From an uncultured virus (IMG/VR IMGVR_UViG_3300013004_000028) (taxonomy: Duplodnaviria; Heunggongvirae; Uroviricota; Caudoviricetes), in IMG/VR virus record IMGVR_UViG_3300013004_000028: a stretch of DNA of 64,000 nucleotides; one strand, 5' to 3'. Position numbers and translations under genes: made by a program. The first letter of the stretch is position 1. Each line of letters starts with the position of its first letter. Shown piece after piece: positions 43,544 through 54,346 of the stretch. Below the pieces are notes generated by a model. The model was not told where the DNA came from, made no database searches, and worked only from the letters and a program-made list of their open reading frames with translations.

Positions 43544-44221
43544 TCATTTTATCTTACTGTCAATAGGTTTTCTTACTTCTATATAATATTTACTATTATT
43601 ATTATCATAGCAGATTAAAGAAGATTCCCCCTTTGGTAAAGAATCTTGGAAATACTCATCAACAATTTCCCATGCTTTTTCTGGTAGTTTATTTAACAAA
43701 TTCTTATGAATTTCCAAATTGATCTCTGGGTCTTCGATGTAAAATTCTTTAGTTTTCTTAAAGCCTAGAATCTCAGGTAAAGGCTCATCAGAAACTTTAC
43801 AAGGATCATCAAATTGACGGAAGAAAGGATTAAAGAAACCATTATTAAAGTGAACAGCTAAAAACTGCTCAAAGGTTTTTTGAATTTCATATGCTATATT
43901 ACCCCTTCCTATTTCTTTACTTGAAACAGAAAAAAATTGTGTCCCTTCTAAAGCAGGCCTCTTAATAGCTAAATTTATTGGGTACGAGTTTTTATCAAGC
44001 TCTGAAATATTTTCAAATTTGCGTTTAGATGGGAAAACCGTATCCATAACAATAGAACTAATCAATTGTTTTTCTTCTGCGCAAAGAAATTTATCTTGAT
44101 AAACAATGTCTAGAGCTATATCAACCTGACCGGATCGAAGCCTTGAATACATTTCAACAGCATCTTGAATTAGCTTAAGATGTTTAAGAGTCAGTTTTAC
44201 GGTATAGAATTCTGGGTTCAT
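43544..44221 (-). CDS. Hypothetical protein
   Basis: 225 aa; A.E.YSR...GQ. Confidence 0.75.
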   Translation of the reverse strand: MNPEFYTVKLTLKHLKLIQDAVEMYSRLRSGQVDIALDIVYQDKFLCAEEKQLISSIVMDTVFPSKRKFENISELDKNSYPINLAIKRPALEGTQFFSVSSKEIGRGNIAYEIQKTFEQFLAVHFNNGFFNPFFRQFDDPCKVSDEPLPEILGFKKTKEFYIEDPEINLEIHKNLLNKLPEKAWEIVDEYFQDSLPKGESSLICYDNNNSKYYIEVRKPIDSKIK

Positions 44222-44373
44222 CTTATTTTATTCTTCTTCAGAGTTTTGTTTTTTCTTTTTAAAGGAATTTATTTTTTTTGATTTCTTCTTTGAGAATATC
44301 AAATCCCAGTTTTCATTATATTTTTTATAATCTGAAATACGATTTCTGTCACCTTTTCCGTTTTGCATATTTA

Positions 44374-44607
44374 CTAATTTACTTTTTTGAAAATTTCGTA
44401 GTCGCTTTTGTGCTCAACATATTTGTTCCATATAGGTTTATGGATTTCCCTATTACTGACTGCATACTCTCCTTTATATAGAGAATATGAACATTTGCCT
44501 ACACTATCAAGGTAAATATAAAGAAGTTTTGCCTTCTCCATACTCTCGTTGTCCTTTTGTCTTTTTTCGATTAAATTTGAAATAAATTTAGAAAATAGGT
44601 TTTTCAT
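44374..44607 (-). CDS. Hypothetical protein
   Basis: 77 aa; TTGACA...TATATT promoter upstream. Confidence 0.6.
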   Translation of the reverse strand: MKNLFSKFISNLIEKRQKDNESMEKAKLLYIYLDSVGKCSYSLYKGEYAVSNREIHKPIWNKYVEHKSDYEIFKKVN

Positions 44608-44656
44608 TGGATCTTTAATATATAGAGAAAAAAAAGGTTGTCAAGTTTTTTATTTT

Positions 44657-45433
44657 TTATAAATTAATATTTTTTCTTCTTATAAAATTTAAATCGAAGG
44701 TTGTATAATTAATAGGATATTTATTAAATGGCAAAAGTGTAGGGCTAGTATATCTCCAACCTGCCCCCCATTTTTCATTCAAATATTCAAAGTTAATTAA
44801 ATTAATTTCATTCAATCTTTTTGCTAAATCAGGATTAGATTTTTTAGTTTGACTCCCATGAATATAATATTCTGTACAGAATCCTGTCCCATGCAAATAA
44901 GGCTTGCTCAAATTACACACTCTTTTAATATTTCCATTATGCAATCTCAATATATAATCAGCATCTTCACTATAAGCAGGAGTAAGATTCTCATCGAATA
45001 AACCATATTGCTGAATTACAAAATCTTTAATCAAGAAAAGATCCCATGCTCCTTGGCCGAAATCTCCTCCATAAGGATGCACCATACCCACCTCTGGGTC
45101 TTTAGCATTTTCGAAGATTTCTTCTAGCAGTCCCTCTGTGAATGCTATATCGTCGTTTACTATGATCCAATACGGAGAATTTATATAAGATTTTATAATC
45201 AAATTCCAAGCTGCCGAAACTCCTAAATTAGCAGGTAAATGACATATAAATAATTTATCAATAAATTTATTCTCTATTAATCTTAACTTTTCAAGTTCGT
45301 TTGTTATTTCGTCTTTTCCATTATTATTAAATATAATAAAATTCTCCAATGGGTAATCTATACTTTCATATAAACGCTTTACCCAATGGGGATTTTTCAT
45401 TACAGCTGTTCCTATAACAGGTATTTTATTCAT
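44657..45433 (-). CDS. GT-A fold glycosyltransferase (GT2-like)
   Basis: NLGVSAAWN, VNDD, G.FDEN..PAY.ED.DY. Confidence 0.85.
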   Translation of the reverse strand: MNKIPVIGTAVMKNPHWVKRLYESIDYPLENFIIFNNNGKDEITNELEKLRLIENKFIDKLFICHLPANLGVSAAWNLIIKSYINSPYWIIVNDDIAFTEGLLEEIFENAKDPEVGMVHPYGGDFGQGAWDLFLIKDFVIQQYGLFDENLTPAYSEDADYILRLHNGNIKRVCNLSKPYLHGTGFCTEYYIHGSQTKKSNPDLAKRLNEINLINFEYLNEKWGAGWRYTSPTLLPFNKYPINYTTFDLNFIRRKNINL

Positions 45434-45454
45434 TTATTATTTTTTTGTATGTAT

Positions 45455-46897
45455 TTAAAATTCAACTTTAGATACAATATTATATGAAAAATAAATCATA
45501 AATTGTCCAAGATGGGTATTTTTCCAATAATCTCTAAAATCATATAAATACTGATCATTGAAAATATCTACAGTTATATCTTTTCCTGTCCTTTCGTATA
45601 CATGTATATCTAAGCAGTCTCTTAAATATAAATCTCGGAATTCAATGAACCTTTCTACTGCATTTTCATGATCGTTAATATGCCATTCTCCAGCGAAATT
45701 TTTAATATTATTTCTAATAAAATTGTAGTTCTCTTTTGTAAAGATTGAATATTCCCCACCTTCGCAATCAAATTTTAAAAAATCAATTTTAGAAATATTA
45801 TAATCTTTAATAATTTTTTCAAATGTAGTGGTAGAATATAAATCTCCTTCATGTTCATATATATAAACTCCGTTTTCTGGTATAGATTTTATATCTTCTT
45901 CATCAGAAATTGCCTTATTTATAAAAACAACAGGACCATGGGAAACATTTTTTCGCAAATAATTTATAACATTATTTGATGGCTCAATACAATAAACCTG
46001 TTTCGGTTTTTTATCCAAAATTGAAAAAGTAAATGACCCATAGTTTGCCCCAATATCAAATACTATATCATCAGTTTTTACTTCTTGATGTTTTTCGTAT
46101 GTTCTATAAATAAAATTTTCATTTTTAAATAAATTCACGTACTCTTGGTCTAAAGTCCCCCAATCGAAATTTGATATATTACTTACCCATTCTTGATTTT
46201 TTTTCGTGTTATCAATATAAATAATAATTGTTCCATAATATTCGATAAACCAATCATCCCAAAGACTCCATTTGATATCCATGTCATCCATAGAAAAAAT
46301 TTGATGATTTTGCATTTCTTTTAAATACAAATCTCGAAATTCTTTAAATTTATCTTTTAATTCTCTATTATGTAAATGCCATTCTCCACTTATTTTTTTT
46401 ACATTATTTTTTATCCATTCAAAATTTTCTAAATTAAATACATCGTATTCTCCACCTTCGCAATCTATTTTTAAAAAATCTATTTTCTCAATATTATATA
46501 AATCTATAAATGTTTTAAAGGTTAAAGAACAAGCCTCTGATTGGATAGACCACATATCAGGAAAGTTTTTATTATATAACCCATTAAAGATAATTTTACC
46601 ATTTTTATCAGAGATGCCTTTGTTCAATAAAACAACATTGCTTTTATCTAATAAATTAGAACTTAAATTTTGAAATAATTCTGGATGAGGTTCTAAACAA
46701 AAAACTTTTTTAGGGTTTTTCTCTAGTATATTATAAGAGAATGGGCCTACACTAGCACCTATATCTACGACGATATCATTCTCTTCTACGGAAAAAAATT
46801 TCTGATAATCATCTTTATCTATTATTTCATGTTTTAATATATTTAAAAACCAATCATCTTCGGCTATGAGACCCCAATCAAAATTTTTGTCAATCAT
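45455..46897 (-). CDS. FkbM-family methyltransferase, tandem duplicated domain
   Basis: NFDWG, DIGA..G.F and IDFLK.DCEGGEY...GEWH each occur twice. Confidence 0.9.
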   Translation of the reverse strand: MIDKNFDWGLIAEDDWFLNILKHEIIDKDDYQKFFSVEENDIVVDIGASVGPFSYNILEKNPKKVFCLEPHPELFQNLSSNLLDKSNVVLLNKGISDKNGKIIFNGLYNKNFPDMWSIQSEACSLTFKTFIDLYNIEKIDFLKIDCEGGEYDVFNLENFEWIKNNVKKISGEWHLHNRELKDKFKEFRDLYLKEMQNHQIFSMDDMDIKWSLWDDWFIEYYGTIIIYIDNTKKNQEWVSNISNFDWGTLDQEYVNLFKNENFIYRTYEKHQEVKTDDIVFDIGANYGSFTFSILDKKPKQVYCIEPSNNVINYLRKNVSHGPVVFINKAISDEEDIKSIPENGVYIYEHEGDLYSTTTFEKIIKDYNISKIDFLKFDCEGGEYSIFTKENYNFIRNNIKNFAGEWHINDHENAVERFIEFRDLYLRDCLDIHVYERTGKDITVDIFNDQYLYDFRDYWKNTHLGQFMIYFSYNIVSKVEF

Positions 46898-46899
46898 AT

Positions 46900-47778
46900 T
46901 TAAATTAAGTTTTTTTCAACTTCAAAATGGGCACTATCAGGAGGAGCAGCATTCTCGCAAAATTTACACAAATCAAAAGTTGAAAATGGGGCAGGCAATA
47001 TATCATCATACTCTTGATTAAATAGATTGCCTATTATATGATCTAATCCATAATCCATACAACACAAAGAGACATCTCCATTAGGAAGCAAAACATTATG
47101 ATATAATCTTTCATAACAGTTGCAAGTCATTTTTTTATCTCCATGATAAATTGTTTTATATTTATCTTTTAAATTTAATAACTCAGGCTTTAAAATAGAC
47201 TCATGCCTTAGGTTACCTGCTCTGGACCACATTTCGCTAGGTTGTATACCATCAAATACATGTTTTACTTTTTCGTGGACTGATCCCATAGACATTATAT
47301 AAAAATTATTAATTTCATTTCGGATTGAGCCGATATACTCTATTAACTCTATATATTTATTGCTTATAGGATGCTTTGCTAAAAGTTCATTATCGGGGAG
47401 ATGCAGAACAAAACCTCCGTTAGGATGACCAGCGAATGGTATATGTTTTATTCTCTCCATATCTGATATACTCATACCTATACCAGTCGTAAATACAGCT
47501 ATACCATGGCCTCTCTCATATGCATAGAGAACCATATCAGTGCAATTTTTGTTTAACCAAGGTTCTACAAAACCTGCAAATGTAATTCTTATTTCTTTAG
47601 GTAGTTTATCTATAATTTTTTTATAATCTTCAAAAGATAATACTTTATTTCCTTTATATTTTTGAACCAATAATCTTTGAGGACAAAAAGAGCAGTCAAC
47701 AATACATCCATTTAAAGGAATAGATGTCGTGATCTCTAAACAAGCATAAGGGGTTGATTTCCAGTAATTTTTTAACAT
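46900..47778 (-). CDS. Radical SAM protein with SPASM/twitch domain
   Basis: C...C..C (CIVDCSFC), G.V.LCC.D, C..C. Confidence 0.88.
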   Translation of the reverse strand: MLKNYWKSTPYACLEITTSIPLNGCIVDCSFCPQRLLVQKYKGNKVLSFEDYKKIIDKLPKEIRITFAGFVEPWLNKNCTDMVLYAYERGHGIAVFTTGIGMSISDMERIKHIPFAGHPNGGFVLHLPDNELLAKHPISNKYIELIEYIGSIRNEINNFYIMSMGSVHEKVKHVFDGIQPSEMWSRAGNLRHESILKPELLNLKDKYKTIYHGDKKMTCNCYERLYHNVLLPNGDVSLCCMDYGLDHIIGNLFNQEYDDILPAPFSTFDLCKFCENAAPPDSAHFEVEKNLI

Positions 47779-47784
47779 TTTTTA

Positions 47785-48918
47785 TTAACTTAAGTTTTTT
47801 AGATTATAAAGGACAGATTGTTTATGATTCTCATCTAAGGGCTCATGAATAGAAAGATATTTGAATATATCTCTAGATTCTTCGCATAATCCTGTCCACC
47901 ATGCGCTTACAGCTTTTTCGAAAATTATACCATAAAATCCCGGATAGTCAATATCTGTTTTCAACTTTATACAATCATCTGAAGAAACTTTTTCTCCAAT
48001 AGAAGATATTAAATATGCATTAAACCATTTTTGAGTTCTTTCATAGAATCTACTTAAATAAAAATACCCTTCAGGTCTTTTAGGCATTAAAGCTACTGAA
48101 TGTTGAAGCATTCCTTCTACAGAATTATTCCTACAACCTTGAGACTCAAAGCACATAGATGCCCTTAATAAACATTCGTAAGACAATAAACTATCATAAG
48201 CTCTTTCAGCACACCTTAAATAATAAGAAACAGCAGAAGCCATTTGGCCTATATTATGATAGAAGTAGCCCATACAAAAATTAATTTCAGCAGAATTAGG
48301 AAATTCTATATAGTGATTTAATAAACATTTTAATACATCTTCTTCACCCATTATTTTATAGAAATCTGTAATAGAATGGATATTCATCCAATCTTTTTTA
48401 TTCTTAATAAAATTTTCATAATTTATCTCTACGTTTATGTCAATTATATTTTGACTGCCTTTCCTTATGATTCCTAAGCCGTTATCCATATCAATAGTAA
48501 TCATTTCCAGATCACTCCTATCTCTTCTTAAATTAACAAATGCTTTCCAGCAATCTCCTGTCCATATACCTCCTGAATATGGTATCGTTTGCATCTTTTC
48601 GTCGTAAGGCAACATATCATGACATATTATAACGCCTTCTTCACTAAGACAATTTAAACTGTTTACAATATCTTTATATACTTGATCAGAGTGATGTAAG
48701 CCATCAATCAATATAATATCGAATTTTTCTGTATTCTCTTTGAAAAAAGTATCAGAATCTTTTTTTAAAATATCACTTAAAGATGTATTCGGGTCAACCC
48801 CGATTTTATAATCTATTTTTACTTCTTTAAATGTTATAGCATTATCAATACCTATCTCAAGGTATTTTTTATAATTATTTTTTTTAATTAAATAATTTAT
48901 TATATGTATTTTATCCAT
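47785..48918 (-). CDS. Methyltransf_24-like domain fused to a TPR-like domain
   Basis: YLEIG, IDGLH, HD; helical repeat C-terminal half. Confidence 0.8.
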   Translation of the reverse strand: MDKIHIINYLIKKNNYKKYLEIGIDNAITFKEVKIDYKIGVDPNTSLSDILKKDSDTFFKENTEKFDIILIDGLHHSDQVYKDIVNSLNCLSEEGVIICHDMLPYDEKMQTIPYSGGIWTGDCWKAFVNLRRDRSDLEMITIDMDNGLGIIRKGSQNIIDINVEINYENFIKNKKDWMNIHSITDFYKIMGEEDVLKCLLNHYIEFPNSAEINFCMGYFYHNIGQMASAVSYYLRCAERAYDSLLSYECLLRASMCFESQGCRNNSVEGMLQHSVALMPKRPEGYFYLSRFYERTQKWFNAYLISSIGEKVSSDDCIKLKTDIDYPGFYGIIFEKAVSAWWTGLCEESRDIFKYLSIHEPLDENHKQSVLYNLKNLS

Positions 48919-49704
48919 TTATATTTTAAATTTATTTTCTACTATTTCATAGCTATAATTATGAACGAAATCTTTCCCATTAAAATCTCTACTAAATTCT
49001 TCTTCTATCAAATCATCCCAATTTCTATCATTTTTATGACTCCAATTTTTAACTTTTCTAAGCATCTCTTTTTTATTTTTAACCCATGAATAATGATGCA
49101 GAAGAACATTCCCATCCAATCCTAAAATAGGAGTTAAATCACCATGTATTAGTCTTTGTTCATCCCATAATTTTTGATAGAATTGTTTTAATTCTAAGGG
49201 ACTATTTAAGTCCCAATCTTTACAATCTTTTTTTTGTATAAGAACTCCAGCGCTTTCTGTTTGAGTAGCTTTATAGAAAGGCTCTCTAAAATACCAATTA
49301 CAAGTAAAATTAAAACATAAATCTTTAGAACTATTATGTTGGAACCATTCTTTAAAATTGTCATCGACTATTTCATCAGAATCTAAAAATAAAACCCAAT
49401 CATTCTTAGCTGAATCAAGACCCGTTTTTCTACTGAGGTTATTATAATAAGTAGGGATTTCTGTAACTCCTTCCCACCGTATATTTAATATTTTACATTT
49501 ATTAAAACTATTTATTATATCTATTGATTTAGATAATAAATCATCATTTTCCTTTTCGCCATTGTAAAAATGATCGCATATAGTAACTATAATTTCATCA
49601 CTAAACTTGTCACATTGTAATAGATTTATTTTTAAAAATTTTAAATCATTAGAGTTGTATTGTAAAACTGTTGATATCATATTAAGAATAAACGAATTTT
49701 TCAA
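48919..49704 (-). CDS. GT2-like glycosyltransferase
   Basis: WVLFLDSDE, HHYSWV. Confidence 0.8.
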   Translation of the reverse strand: MKNSFILNMISTVLQYNSNDLKFLKINLLQCDKFSDEIIVTICDHFYNGEKENDDLLSKSIDIINSFNKCKILNIRWEGVTEIPTYYNNLSRKTGLDSAKNDWVLFLDSDEIVDDNFKEWFQHNSSKDLCFNFTCNWYFREPFYKATQTESAGVLIQKKDCKDWDLNSPLELKQFYQKLWDEQRLIHGDLTPILGLDGNVLLHHYSWVKNKKEMLRKVKNWSHKNDRNWDDLIEEEFSRDFNGKDFVHNYSYEIVENKFKI

Positions 49705-50662
49705 TAAAGCTTTTAGGGCATTTTAATAAATAAGCTGCATTGTCTTGAAAACCGAAAGAGATTAAATAATTATCTTCGTATTCAGCTAATCCTATACAGA
49801 ACTCAACATCTGCATCCATAAAATGGAATTCAGGAGTAACTTTAACTATATCAAAATTTTTGTCCCACACTATAAAACGATGATAATAAACAGCATCTTT
49901 TCTTCCAGCTTCACTTTTAAATAAATCTACTTCGTGAGTTATAGCAAAGTAACCATCTTTAAAAGGTAAAATTTGAGATCCACCTCTTAAATCTCTAGGA
50001 AGATTTACAGATTTTCCAAATTTAAGAGTTTCAGAAAATCCAGTTTCAGTATCAAATTTAACTAACTCTGTTGGATTTGCCCACTTTACATAATGGAATG
50101 GCATATCCAAAATTGGCATCCAATTTTTTTCACAATAAGAATCAGGATTGGTTAATAATTCTATCCTTTTTCTACTTATTTCTTTAACTCCGTTTTCAAA
50201 AATTTCTATTTCAGATAATTCCATTCTCCCTTGACCGTTAGTGGTTGTATCTCTTCTAACTCCACTAATAAATAATTTATTATCCCATTCTATTAAACGA
50301 GCATCTTCTAATCCTACAAAGTCCCACAGAGGTTCGTATATATCGAATTCGCTTGTATCTATTTTAAAGAATTTTTCTATTTTAAATTTATTTGATAATT
50401 CACAATACCAATTCCAAGTTCTTAAGTGTACATCATTCTCAGGATGAATATAAGTCAATGGTCCATAAGGATGTTGAAATAATTTTTTCTCAGAATGATA
50501 GAACGTATAATTAACATGTCTAATTATAACTGTTATTTTTCCATCTTTTACCATTACAGATGGATTCATTAATCCTGTGCCATTTGTAAATTCTGAAGGT
50601 AAAATGAGAGGATATATATCTCCCCCATTATTCAAAATACATTTTACCAAATTTTTTTCCAT
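49682..50662 (-). CDS. Beta-propeller glycosidase/phosphorylase-like protein
   Basis: NPS, GLEDARL, EKNWMP, RGGSQ, EFC.GL, SFG.QD. Confidence 0.7.
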   Translation of the reverse strand: MEKNLVKCILNNGGDIYPLILPSEFTNGTGLMNPSVMVKDGKITVIIRHVNYTFYHSEKKLFQHPYGPLTYIHPENDVHLRTWNWYCELSNKFKIEKFFKIDTSEFDIYEPLWDFVGLEDARLIEWDNKLFISGVRRDTTTNGQGRMELSEIEIFENGVKEISRKRIELLTNPDSYCEKNWMPILDMPFHYVKWANPTELVKFDTETGFSETLKFGKSVNLPRDLRGGSQILPFKDGYFAITHEVDLFKSEAGRKDAVYYHRFIVWDKNFDIVKVTPEFHFMDADVEFCIGLAEYEDNYLISFGFQDNAAYLLKCPKSFIEKFVYS

Positions 50663-50681
50663 AATTTAATATATTCAGATT

Positions 50682-51587
50682 TTATTTTCTTATTGTATTG
50701 TAATTACTTTTCACAAAGTCAACTGTTTCTTTAAGACCATCTCTTAAAGAAGTAAACTGAAAATTAGGCAAATATTTTTTAATTTTAGAATTATCACTAG
50801 GTTTTCTATATTGTCCATTAGGTTTAGATTCGTCCCATATAACTTTTCCATCGAATTCCATTAATTCAACTACTAAATTTACGACTTCTCTAATAGAAAT
50901 TTCTTGGCTAGAAGATAAAATGATAGGTTCTTCTTCACTGTAATTTTCCAAAATCCATTCTGAAAGAAAAGCCACATCTCTACTAAATATAAATTCTCTT
51001 AATGGTTCACCGTTTCCCCAAATAGTTAATGGAGTATTGGTATTTTTAGCTATATAGCATTTATGAACTATACATGGGATCACATGGCCATTTATTAAAT
51101 TAAAATTATCATTTGGGCCATAGATATTGCATGGGATTACACATTTATAATTAGTTCCGTATTGCTCTTTGTATGATTTAATTTGAATATCCAACATCCT
51201 TTTAGAATAGGCATAAGAGTCATTAGAAAAATGAGGAGGACCTAAATGTATTTTTTTTTCAGTCAAAGGATAAGATGTATCGTCTGGAAAAATGCAAGTT
51301 GATAAAAATGCTACTAAATTTTTGACTCCATGTTTAAAAGAAGAATTGATAACATTTGTATTCATCATAATATTCTCATAAAAAAAATCTCCTTTACTTG
51401 ACATATTACTTAAAACTCCCCCAACTTTTGCTGCACAATGAATTAAATTATCTGGCTTCTCTTTTTCAAAAAACAAATCAACATCTTTTTGATTTATTAA
51501 ATTTACATCTTTAGATGAAAGCTTAATGCATTTATCAGAAAACTCTGATCCAACTAGACCTGATCCACCTGTTATTACGGTTTTCAT
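50682..51587 (-). CDS. fcl: GDP-L-fucose synthase
   Basis: TGGSGLVG, HCAAKVGG, STCIFP, Y..SKR, P.NIYGP.DNF, WG.G.PLREF. Confidence 0.9.
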   Translation of the reverse strand: MKTVITGGSGLVGSEFSDKCIKLSSKDVNLINQKDVDLFFEKEKPDNLIHCAAKVGGVLSNMSSKGDFFYENIMMNTNVINSSFKHGVKNLVAFLSTCIFPDDTSYPLTEKKIHLGPPHFSNDSYAYSKRMLDIQIKSYKEQYGTNYKCVIPCNIYGPNDNFNLINGHVIPCIVHKCYIAKNTNTPLTIWGNGEPLREFIFSRDVAFLSEWILENYSEEEPIILSSSQEISIREVVNLVVELMEFDGKVIWDESKPNGQYRKPSDNSKIKKYLPNFQFTSLRDGLKETVDFVKSNYNTIRK

Positions 51588-52232
51588 TTATTTTATTAAT
51601 TTGTATTTTTTAAATTCTTCTAATATTAAAGGCATAGCTTTCTGATTTAAATGGATATGACAGCTATCCCAATCATCTAAATAATCAGGATTAGTTTTGC
51701 CATCCATGACCATATTATCAAAAATAGAAAGGATTCCAATCCCAGTCCCTATACTTAAAGATTTTAAGTATTTGTAAAAAATCTGTGTCCATTCATTTCT
51801 TTCTATACTTGTTCCAAAAGATGGTCCAGAAGTATAAGGTTTATAATCACTCCAAGATGCAATAGGAGACCAAACTAATAATTTGTATCCTAAATTATGA
51901 TAATGCATTATCACATCCCAGTATCTATCAACACACTCTTTTATTACATCTTCTATAGAACGATTTTGAATTTCAGATTGTTTCTTAATATGAGCTCTGA
52001 TATCTACCTCACCAAAACAAAAAGCAATCATATCTTCATTCTTATTTACTCTACTAAAAAGTATTTCATTAATAATTGAAATTTTATTTGATAAATTATA
52101 AGCTAAAGCTGGACCTATACGATATGAACGAAAAAAATCCAAAGCATCATCAGAAAGCTGAGGCCATATCGGCTGCATCTCTTCTCTTCCACTAAAAACA
52201 GATGAATGACTATCCCCTATACAATGTATCAT
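51588..52232 (-). CDS. SGNH/GDSL hydrolase-like protein
   Basis: IGDSH, FGEVD.R, D..HIHL. Confidence 0.75.
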   Translation of the reverse strand: MIHCIGDSHSSVFSGREEMQPIWPQLSDDALDFFRSYRIGPALAYNLSNKISIINEILFSRVNKNEDMIAFCFGEVDIRAHIKKQSEIQNRSIEDVIKECVDRYWDVIMHYHNLGYKLLVWSPIASWSDYKPYTSGPSFGTSIERNEWTQIFYKYLKSLSIGTGIGILSIFDNMVMDGKTNPDYLDDWDSCHIHLNQKAMPLILEEFKKYKLIK

Positions 52233-53190
52233 ATTTTTCCTTTAATCTTTTACAGAAATTTTTCTCATAGGTCCATCCATCTTCTCCACCTATGCCCCAT
52301 TTATTTTTGTTACCATAAACAGTATTAAACATAATATGTACGCCAAATCCATTTTTAACAAAAACTATTTTTTTATCATTTTCCCTAATAAAGTTATTGA
52401 GAGATATCTCATCGTAACTATCGTTATTTATTAATGTCAAACTATTTTTCCAGTCTGAAGTCTTAATAAAAAAGAAACTATTTGTAAAATATGGGAGAGA
52501 AGATTCAAAAGAAGAGAAACTATATTCTTGTTTATTGAATAAAAGTTCTATATTATTTATTATATAATCATTAATTAAAACTTGAGCGTCATAATTTATT
52601 CTCAAAGGATGTATACCTTTTGTTTTCGTATCGAGATCTAACACTGCTTGATTGAAGAGTTTGAAATCCCATTTATCCGCAAGAATTGTAAACGAATTTA
52701 AAGGAGAGTAGTCCACCCCCCAAAGACCATTAGGCATTTCTTGTTTTAGAAAAAGATTAAAAATATTATCTTTAACAGATTCCTCTTTAATAAAATCATT
52801 TATAAAAAAATCACAAGGAATATTATTACTAAGAGTCGGAGATATTAAGAATTCAGAATCTAGTATTCCAATATTTTCTATTATAAAATTCCAAGTATGA
52901 TCACTAATAAAACAATCTTCATCTAACTTGCAACTGTATTTAGTAGAGGCTTCCGTAGCTATATTTATTTTACACAAATAATTATCATTTCTATTCTCAT
53001 CTATTTTATAAAGAGAAGTAGATATACCTAAATCTTCGATAGCTGAATCCCAGTCATAATCTCTAGAATAAAGAATATTAAGATGTATTTTTGATTTATT
53101 TTCATCTGAAATATTTTTTAATATATTTTTACTCAAATTGAAATACTCAGGTCTACTATGAGACAGATAATTAATAGTTAAAATTTTCAT
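52210..53190 (-). CDS. Putative glycosyltransferase
   Basis: KLDED DxD-like motif; cluster context. Confidence 0.6.
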   Translation of the reverse strand: MKILTINYLSHSRPEYFNLSKNILKNISDENKSKIHLNILYSRDYDWDSAIEDLGISTSLYKIDENRNDNYLCKINIATEASTKYSCKLDEDCFISDHTWNFIIENIGILDSEFLISPTLSNNIPCDFFINDFIKEESVKDNIFNLFLKQEMPNGLWGVDYSPLNSFTILADKWDFKLFNQAVLDLDTKTKGIHPLRINYDAQVLINDYIINNIELLFNKQEYSFSSFESSLPYFTNSFFFIKTSDWKNSLTLINNDSYDEISLNNFIRENDKKIVFVKNGFGVHIMFNTVYGNKNKWGIGGEDGWTYEKNFCKRLKEKYDTLYRG

Positions 53191-53972
53191 TTCATTAAAT
53201 TAGATCTAACAAATTCTTTCATAGGGCAATGTTTAGAATACCCAACTCTTTTTATACTAAAGTACTTATCTGAATGCTTCTGAATAATTTGAGAAATATT
53301 TATTATCCAATTCCTTGGCATAGGATTTGATGGATCATATGTTCCAAAATGACTAGGAAATTGCCATTTTTGACCGGACATTAAAATTGAATAACCCGGA
53401 TAAAAACTAATACAATCAGAGTTTGGGTACTTGTCTAGACATAAATCTATATTTTTTTTACTATTTAGCATAGATTTATTAGTTAAAATCATACATTCCC
53501 AATTAGATACCATAGGTTGTTCTAATTTTAAATCTAAATACAAATTCTTCCCATCCCATCTTCCGTAAGGTTGCGAAAGAGGAAATCCTACTACATCTTT
53601 CGAAGAATCTTTTCCCTGATATGACTGTTCCCAATTTTCTGTATTAAGAAATTGAGCATAATTACAGTCTTTTTCCAAAACAATTGGATTTATAAAATAC
53701 TGATTAGCTGAAACTAAGCAGAAGTGATCGAAAGAATTGATTTCCTCTTCAGATAACGAATTTAAAACTTCAGTGAATGCTCCAAAAATAAAACTCGAAT
53801 GATCGACTGGTCCAAGTTTATGCCTAGTTCTTATTTTCGGATGATTTAAAGTAGGGTGATTTACTATAAAATCGGAATTTTTATGAAAGAATAAAATGTT
53901 GTTTATTAAATCATCAATATCTTCATTTGTTTGCAAATCATTATGCGCAAAAATAATAAAACAGCATCTCAT
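53187..53972 (-). CDS. Hypothetical protein (GT-like)
   Basis: 261 aa, overlapping operon gene. Confidence 0.6.
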   Translation of the reverse strand: MRCCFIIFAHNDLQTNEDIDDLINNILFFHKNSDFIVNHPTLNHPKIRTRHKLGPVDHSSFIFGAFTEVLNSLSEEEINSFDHFCLVSANQYFINPIVLEKDCNYAQFLNTENWEQSYQGKDSSKDVVGFPLSQPYGRWDGKNLYLDLKLEQPMVSNWECMILTNKSMLNSKKNIDLCLDKYPNSDCISFYPGYSILMSGQKWQFPSHFGTYDPSNPMPRNWIINISQIIQKHSDKYFSIKRVGYSKHCPMKEFVRSNLMK

Positions 53973-54346
53973 TGTCTGTAAGCAATAACTCTACAAATTT
54001 TTCCCTCTTCGTTAAAAGATATTGAATCTAAAACTTTTAACATATTTCCGTCTACATTAATTAGAATAGGACAAAAAAAGGTATCGAAGTTTTTATTAGT
54101 ACTTTCTATTTGTTGAAAAATTTCGCCATAAAAAAATGTATTCCTATAAATTATAATTTTTTCACATTTACTAAATATTTCTTTATTAGCATTTAAGAAA
54201 GCTTCTTTCCCCTCTACTTCAATTTCCCAATCAATTAAACAAGCATCATCTGATAATAGTTCAGATAAAGCAGATAAGTCTTTATCAGAAAAAGCTGAAA
54301 AATAGTCATTTAGTTTTTTAAAATAGAATTGTTTTTCGAATTTCAT
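53969..54346 (-). CDS. SnoaL/NTF2-like protein
   Basis: YF.AFS.KDL..L, L.DW, D.I.F...GKI....AY. Confidence 0.75.
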   Translation of the reverse strand: MKFEKQFYFKKLNDYFSAFSDKDLSALSELLSDDACLIDWEIEVEGKEAFLNANKEIFSKCEKIIIYRNTFFYGEIFQQIESTNKNFDTFFCPILINVDGNMLKVLDSISFNEEGKICRVIAYRQ

